From contig OY970309.1 of assembly GCA_963716395.1 (NCBI GenBank), positions 960,001 to 1,024,000 on the forward strand: a stretch of DNA of 64,000 bases. Direction: 5' to 3'. The notes under the pieces are model-generated. The model was given only the letters and a program-made list of their open reading frames with translations, had not been told where the DNA came from and ran no database searches. Position numbers and translations under genes: made by a program. This stretch comes from an uncultured Fibrobacteria bacterium. GTDB taxonomy: Bacteria > Fibrobacterota > Fibrobacteria > UBA11236. Below, in pieces: positions 58,712 through 64,000 of this stretch (the first letter of the stretch is position 1; every line of letters starts with the position of its first letter).

Positions 58712-59902
58712 CTATTGCACGATCTCCGTCACGACGCCGGCGCCGACGGTTTTTCCGCCTTCCCGGATGGCGAAGCGAAGGTCTTTGGCCATCGCGATCG
58801 GCGCGATCAACTCCACCGTGATCGACACGTTGTCCCCCGGCATCACCATCTCCACCCCCGACGGCAGGTTCAACTGACCCGTCACATCCGTGGTCCGGAA
58901 ATAGAACTGCGGACGGTACCCCGTGAAAAACGGCGTATGCCGGCCCCCTTCATCCTTCGACAGCACGTACACTTCCGCCTTGAAGTGCGTATGCGGCGTA
59001 ATCGTCCCAGGCTTCGCCAACACCTGGCCCCGCTCGATGTCCTGCTTCTCCGCGCCCCGCAACAGGATGCCGATATTGTCCCCCGCCTGCGCTTCGTCCA
59101 ATAGCTTCCGGAACATCTCCACGCCCGTCACCACAAACTTCTTGCTCTCGCCCAAACCTACGCGTTCCACTTCTTCCGACACCTTCACCTTGCCCGCTTC
59201 CACGCGACCCGTCGCCACCGTGCCCCGGCCCGTGATGCTGAACACGTCTTCCACGCTCATCAAAAACGGCTTGTCCACCGCCCGCACCGGCGTCGGAATG
59301 TAAGAGTCCACCGCTTCCATCAGCTTCAGGATGGCCGGCTCCCCAATTTCGCTCGTGTCGCCTTCCAGCGCTTTTACCGCGCTCCCCCGGATGACGGGAA
59401 TCTTGTCCCCGGGAAACTGGTACTTGCTCAACAGCTCCCGCACTTCCATCTCCACCAGGTCCAACAGTTCCGGGTCGTCCACCATGTCCACTTTGTTCAT
59501 GAACACCACGATGTAGGGTACGCCCACCTGTCGCGCCAACAGAATGTGCTCGCGCGTCTGCGGCATGGGGCCGTCGGCCGCCGACACCACCAGAATCGCG
59601 CCATCCATCTGCGCCGCGCCCGTCACCATGTTCTTCACATAGTCGGCATGCCCCGGGCAATCCACGTGCGCGTAATGCCGGTTCGCCGTCTCGTATTCGA
59701 CATGCGAGGTGTTGATGGTGATGCCACGCTCCCGTTCTTCCGGAGCGTTGTCGATTTCACCGTAGCTCTTGGCCGTCGCCCATCCCGATTTCGACAGCAC
59801 CTTGGTGATGGCCGCCGTCAGCGAGGTCTTCCCGTGATCCACGTGGCCAATCGTCCCTACGTTCACATGCGGCTTCGTCCGCTCAAATTTGGCCTTCGCC
59901 AT
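58712..59902 (-). CDS. tuf: Elongation factor Tu (tRNA-operon copy)
   Basis: Same protein as 42238-43428; follows the Thr-Tyr-Gly-Thr tRNAs as in the classic tufB operon. Confidence 0.99.
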   Translation of the reverse strand: MAKAKFERTKPHVNVGTIGHVDHGKTSLTAAITKVLSKSGWATAKSYGEIDNAPEERERGITINTSHVEYETANRHYAHVDCPGHADYVKNMVTGAAQMDGAILVVSAADGPMPQTREHILLARQVGVPYIVVFMNKVDMVDDPELLDLVEMEVRELLSKYQFPGDKIPVIRGSAVKALEGDTSEIGEPAILKLMEAVDSYIPTPVRAVDKPFLMSVEDVFSITGRGTVATGRVEAGKVKVSEEVERVGLGESKKFVVTGVEMFRKLLDEAQAGDNIGILLRGAEKQDIERGQVLAKPGTITPHTHFKAEVYVLSKDEGGRHTPFFTGYRPQFYFRTTDVTGQLNLPSGVEMVMPGDNVSITVELIAPIAMAKDLRFAIREGGKTVGAGVVTEIVQ

Positions 59903-60058
59903 GATGACTTATTCCTCCCTAATGGGTATTCCGGGTCGCAAGTCTGGATTTTGAAGGCAGAGAACTATAGCAACTTATTTTCGTCTTGGCATCGGTTTTG
60001 CCTGGTTAATCCCCTGGGTATCAATCAGTTACTTACCCTTCGAAATTCCGGGAAAAGC

Positions 60059-60133
<75 letters not shown>

Positions 60134-60190
60134 CGGCTTTTTCCTGGGCCACTCCCTGTCGATGGTTTGATTTTGCCGAAAACAACCGGG

Positions 60191-60266
60191 TGGAGCGAGC
60201 TAACGGACTCGAACCGTCAACAGCCACCTTGGAAGGGTGGTACTCTACCAATTGAGTTAAGCTCGC
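60191..60266 (-). tRNA. tRNA-Gly(TCC)
   Basis: GCGAGCT acceptor stem, anticodon loop CTTCCAA, encoded CCA. Confidence 0.95.
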
Positions 60267-60320
60267 CCGCCGGGTTGTTTCTTTTTGATTTCAGCGCTTC
60301 CGTCCTCCAATTTTTTGAAA

Positions 60321-60402
60321 TGGGCCGAGGTGGATTCGAACCACCGTAGGCGTAGCCAGCGGATTTACAGTCCGCCCCCATTAACCACTCGGGCATCGAC
60401 CC
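60321..60402 (-). tRNA. tRNA-Tyr(GTA), CCA end not encoded
   Basis: GGGTCGA acceptor stem, anticodon loop CTGTAAA, long variable arm. Confidence 0.95.
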
Positions 60403-60445
60403 TTTTCAAATTCTGCGTCTCCTATTTTTGGCCCAATCAAAATTC

Positions 60446-60518
60446 AGCCAACGAAGGGATTTGAACCCACGACCCACTGATTACAAATCAGTTGCTCTAC
60501 CAGCTGAGCTACGTTGGC
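60446..60518 (-). tRNA. tRNA-Thr(TGT), CCA end not encoded
   Basis: GCCAACG acceptor stem, anticodon loop TTTGTAA. Confidence 0.93.
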
Positions 60519-60676
60519 CCGAAGTTCTTTCCCCCGCTTCGTCCACCCCAGGCGGACCGGCTCTATCCGTCTTCGGCGGACAAAGGGAGGCGGGAATTTA
60601 GATATTGTCTGACGTCAAAAACAATAGTTTGGCTAATCTAAAGCCTGGAGCGGCCAAAATCAATTTTAATCTTGGC

Positions 60677-60970
60677 ATGGTCATTTTCTCCAAATTCGGA
60701 TTGGTTGTAAAGGAACAAGGAATTCTTCTTCCAATTGGAACAGCAGCAGTGGCTGCTGCCTTTTGTGCATGCGCGGCCCCGGCCATGAAAATGCAATGCG
60801 ATGAGATCAAAGCCCGGATCAACTATCAAACCATGAGCGCGGATCAAAAACGCTTCACCGAGCAGGAGCTTAAGGCCTGCCAGGACAGTTTGATCGCCTC
60901 CCAGCACCGCGACTCTTCCACCATCGAAAAACTTGAAAGCCGTCTGTCGCCGCAAGAGGACAGCCTGTGA
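60677..60970 (+). CDS. Small hypothetical protein, possible lipoprotein
   Basis: Hydrophobic stretch ending FCAC, two further Cys; stop overlaps the cca GTG (GTGA). Start uncertain. Confidence 0.55.
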   Translation: MVIFSKFGLVVKEQGILLPIGTAAVAAAFCACAAPAMKMQCDEIKARINYQTMSADQKRFTEQELKACQDSLIASQHRDSSTIEKLESRLSPQEDSL

Positions 60971-62346
60971 CAGCGGCCGTTTTGCCCCAGCGACTGCTCT
61001 CGATCGCGCAAGCCGTGCGCGGCGCCGGCGGCGAAGCCTTTATCGTGGGCGGTTGGGTGCGCGATTATTTGCTCGGCCGACCCTCGGGTGATTTTGATAT
61101 CGAGGTGCACGGCCTGTCGATGGAGTCGCTGCTGGCGCTCTTGAAGGGGTTCGGCAAACCGAATTTGGTGGGTAAAACCTTCGGGGTGGTCACCATGGCC
61201 GTTGACGGCCACAACTTCGATTTCGCCACGCCGCGCCTGGAACGCAAGACCGGCGCGGGCCACCGCGGCTTTGAGGTGCAATCCGACCCGGGTCTCGACT
61301 TCGCCCGCGCTTCGGCGCGCCGCGACTTCACGGTGAACGCCATGGGCTACAAGCTGCCGCATATGGAATTGGTGGATTGCCACGGCGGCCGCGAAGATCT
61401 GCGCCGCGGTATTCTGCGTCATGTCTCGTCGGCGTTTTCCGAAGATCCCCTGCGCGCCTTGCGCGCCTTGCAATTCGCCGCCCGCTTCGGTTTCGACATC
61501 CACCCCGCGACCCAAAAACTGTGCGCCGCACAGCCCATCCATGAATTGCCGCCGGAACGGGTATTCGGCGAAATCAAAAAACTGCTCTTGAAATCCGACC
61601 GCCCGGCGTTGGGGTTGGAATGGATGCGCCGCCTGGATCTTTTGCGCTTCTTTCCGGAACTCGCCACCCTGGTGGGCGTGCCCCAGGAACCGGATTGGCA
61701 TCCCGAGGGCGACGTGTGGACCCACACCCTTCTGACCGTGAACCAGGCCGCGCGCCTGCGCGATTCGGCCTCAGGCGAAGGCGAAAACCTGGCGCTCATG
61801 CTGGGCGCGCTGTGCCATGATTTGGGTAAGCCCGCCAGCACGGTGCGCAGTGATGGCCGCTGGCGCAGCCCGGCGCACGATGTGCGCGGCGAAGCGCCGA
61901 CGCGCGCTTTTCTGGGCCGCATGACGCGCGAGTCGGATTTGGTCGAAACCGTGGTGGCGTTCGTGCGCGAGCATCTCAAGCCGGCCCTGTTGCACAAGGC
62001 GCGTGACACTGTGAAACCGAGCGCCATCCGCCGCTTGGCCTTGCGCGTCGACATCAAAAAGCTGGTACGCGTGGCCCAGGCCGATCACCTGGGGCGCACG
62101 GCGAAAGAGGCGCTGGAGGGGGTTTTTCCGGCTGGGGATTGGCTTTTGGATCAATCCCGCCGGCTCGATGTACTGAGCCAAAAGCCCAAGCCCTTTCTCA
62201 CGGGAAAATTTCTTTTGTCGCTGGGCATGAAACCGGGACCGGAACTCGGAAATCTGATTCGCGCAAGCTTCGAATTGCAACTGGAAGGCGACCTTCCCGA
62301 CGTTGCGGCCGCCGAAGCCTGGGCGCGCACGCGCATCGGGGTTTAG
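60967..62346 (+). CDS. cca: Class II tRNA nucleotidyltransferase (CCA-adding-type) with HD domain
   Basis: GGWVRD, DFD, RRDFTVNA, EDPLR, ER; HD domain HPEGDVWTH...HDLGK. Confidence 0.88.
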   Translation: MTAAVLPQRLLSIAQAVRGAGGEAFIVGGWVRDYLLGRPSGDFDIEVHGLSMESLLALLKGFGKPNLVGKTFGVVTMAVDGHNFDFATPRLERKTGAGHRGFEVQSDPGLDFARASARRDFTVNAMGYKLPHMELVDCHGGREDLRRGILRHVSSAFSEDPLRALRALQFAARFGFDIHPATQKLCAAQPIHELPPERVFGEIKKLLLKSDRPALGLEWMRRLDLLRFFPELATLVGVPQEPDWHPEGDVWTHTLLTVNQAARLRDSASGEGENLALMLGALCHDLGKPASTVRSDGRWRSPAHDVRGEAPTRAFLGRMTRESDLVETVVAFVREHLKPALLHKARDTVKPSAIRRLALRVDIKKLVRVAQADHLGRTAKEALEGVFPAGDWLLDQSRRLDVLSQKPKPFLTGKFLLSLGMKPGPELGNLIRASFELQLEGDLPDVAAAEAWARTRIGV

Positions 62347-62511
62347 GGTCTATGAAAAAATACCTGCTACATTCGGCCGGCTGCGAAAGCCGCGAGCCGC
62401 GTCATTCCTCCTCGGCGTATCCCTTTACAGATACGCCTTCGTCGTCGTTCCTTGCCCGCGAACTTTCTCGCGCGGCCTCGGTGTTTGACGCATTTATTTT
62501 TTCACAGACCC

Positions 62512-62736
62512 TTAGCGCCGGAAGCGGTTCACAATCCAAAGCGCGAGACTGGCCGCGAGGCTCAGCAGCACCATGGTCGTGAGGGGAAAATACAAGCGGA
62601 AGCCCGGGCGCTCGATGCGGATGTCGCCGGGCAGATGCCCGAACCAGCCCACCCTGCCTTGCAGTAACCACAGTAGGGCTCCGGCACCCGCCAGGAACAG
62701 TCCGGAGATCACCAGAAATTTCGGCATCTCTTCCAT
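62512..62736 (-). CDS. DUF2905 family small membrane protein
   Basis: GHLPGDIRIE....YFPLTT between two TM helices. Confidence 0.88.
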   Translation of the reverse strand: MEEMPKFLVISGLFLAGAGALLWLLQGRVGWFGHLPGDIRIERPGFRLYFPLTTMVLLSLAASLALWIVNRFRR

Positions 62737-62839
62737 CCGCCGGCAATCTAGTTTTTGCCCGCGCCCAACGCCACACGCGCGTTACGGCGATGGGAAAGGT
62801 CTCGACGAAGTTCGGAATGACGAGAAGTGGACCCGCCCT

Positions 62840-63682
62840 TCAATATTCCAAGGAATACCTTCCCGCATAGGGGGCGAAGCGCGCGCGAAGCTTTTCCGCC
62901 GCGGCCGCGGCCGGCAAACCCTGCACCTCTTCCATGTCTCGGTTCCAGGGCAGTTTTTGCAGGCGGTCGCCCCGATCCAGGTAGCCTTGACGGTACGCCG
63001 CTTCCGGAGTCAGACCCGTCTCGGGATGGAATTCGCGGCGCAGGAAAAAAGCGTTGTTGTACTCCAACCCCGCCAAGACGTAGCCGTGCTCCGCGGCTAA
63101 GGCATGCGCCTGCGCCAGGCTTTGCCCGTAAAAGTGATCCCCTTTCCAGACATAATCTTCGCGCCACAATACCGTGAAGCGCAGCGGCGGCGGGATTTTC
63201 TCGTTAATCTCCACGCAAAGTATGGACGGGGAAAAGGCGCCGAGCACGGCTTCGAGCACGAAGTAGTCGTAGCCGTCGATGTCGAGGCTCAACACCCCGA
63301 ATTCCCGCGGCAGCTTTAGGCCTTGCAAAAGCGGCACCACATTCTTGGGCGTGACGCGCACGTGCGCCAAGGCGATGCGATCCGCGGCGCGGTGCCGCCA
63401 GGCCAGCTTGCCGAAGAGCTCGCCGTCGGCTTCGATGGCCGCGCCGCCCCACCCCAGGTCGAAAAGACCGAGTGAATTCGAATGCAGAAATCCGTCGCCA
63501 GCGCCGATGTCCACGACCTGATGGAGGTTGGGCGACAAGATCGATACCAGATGTCGCAGAATTTCCTGCTCGCCGAAATTCGAATACCGCCGCCGCCCCT
63601 CGTGGCCGGGGCGAAAGCGGCGCAATTCCCAACCGGCAGAGGCGAGCAGGCGCTTTGCGACCGAATTCCAAAATCGCGGCAT
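62840..63682 (-). CDS. FkbM-like SAM-dependent methyltransferase
   Basis: VDIGAGDG...SNS, GWGG..IEAD, LSLDIDGYDY, P...VEIN. Confidence 0.8.
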   Translation of the reverse strand: MPRFWNSVAKRLLASAGWELRRFRPGHEGRRRYSNFGEQEILRHLVSILSPNLHQVVDIGAGDGFLHSNSLGLFDLGWGGAAIEADGELFGKLAWRHRAADRIALAHVRVTPKNVVPLLQGLKLPREFGVLSLDIDGYDYFVLEAVLGAFSPSILCVEINEKIPPPLRFTVLWREDYVWKGDHFYGQSLAQAHALAAEHGYVLAGLEYNNAFFLRREFHPETGLTPEAAYRQGYLDRGDRLQKLPWNRDMEEVQGLPAAAAAEKLRARFAPYAGRYSLEY

Positions 63683-64000
63683 GCCTTAGTGTAGCGCGTT
63701 CGCGAAGGCGGGAACAAGCGCCACGCCGGACCGGAATTCCACGACGGCCCGGCGCACCCCGCTCGGCGAACCCGGGAAAATCGCAACCCGGCAACGTCAC
63801 CCGGCAGATACCTGGAATTGAAATTTGCAACCTTAAAAAACGGCTGAATGCCGAATCTGTTTCGTCCCAACGGGGCGGGCGCGAATAAACGTGACGCAGT
63901 ATTTCAGGCCTTAAAATTCTTCCCTCTGGGCGTGGAGAACCGGCAGGCGCGAAGGATAAATCATCGTGCGTCCATCAACGCTGACGGCCTGAACCCGGGT

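Overview
High-GC bacterial chromosome segment, most likely from an uncultured Fibrobacterota member. This placement is inferred from a TIGR02147-family gene and a T9SS/Fibrobacter-type C-terminal tail. The right part (29.1-60.5 kb, minus strand) is the core translation/transcription supercluster: tRNA-Thr/Tyr/Gly/Thr, tuf, tRNA-Trp, secE-nusG-rplKAJL-rpoBC-rpsLG, an inserted outer-membrane protein gene, a strongly divergent EF-G, a second identical tuf, and the S10-spc-alpha operons (no rpsD, adk, map or rpmG). It is followed by a CCA-adding enzyme. The left part (1-29 kb) is a mix of housekeeping genes (ClC, nadE, dacB, prmC-prfA-DUF1385-rpmE, thiG/thiE, uvrC) and accessory genes. The most notable observations are: (1) a two-gene operon pairing an MpaB/Lcp-type heme oxygenase with a PaxB/Pyr4-type membrane terpene cyclase, divergent from an orphan sensor kinase; (2) a TIGR02147 gene with a perfect 13-bp inverted repeat upstream, coupled to a lipoprotein whose Kelch domain is AT-rich; (3) a str-locus EF-G lacking the domain IV translocation motifs; (4) recurrent TANNNT boxes 5-9 nt before SD-less start codons, suggesting leaderless mRNAs; (5) an unclassified structured leader before thiG, and a GrpE-like gene between thiG and thiE. 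Four genes carry single extra-base frameshifts, probably sequencing errors. No CRISPR array, rRNA or recognisable mobile element was seen.
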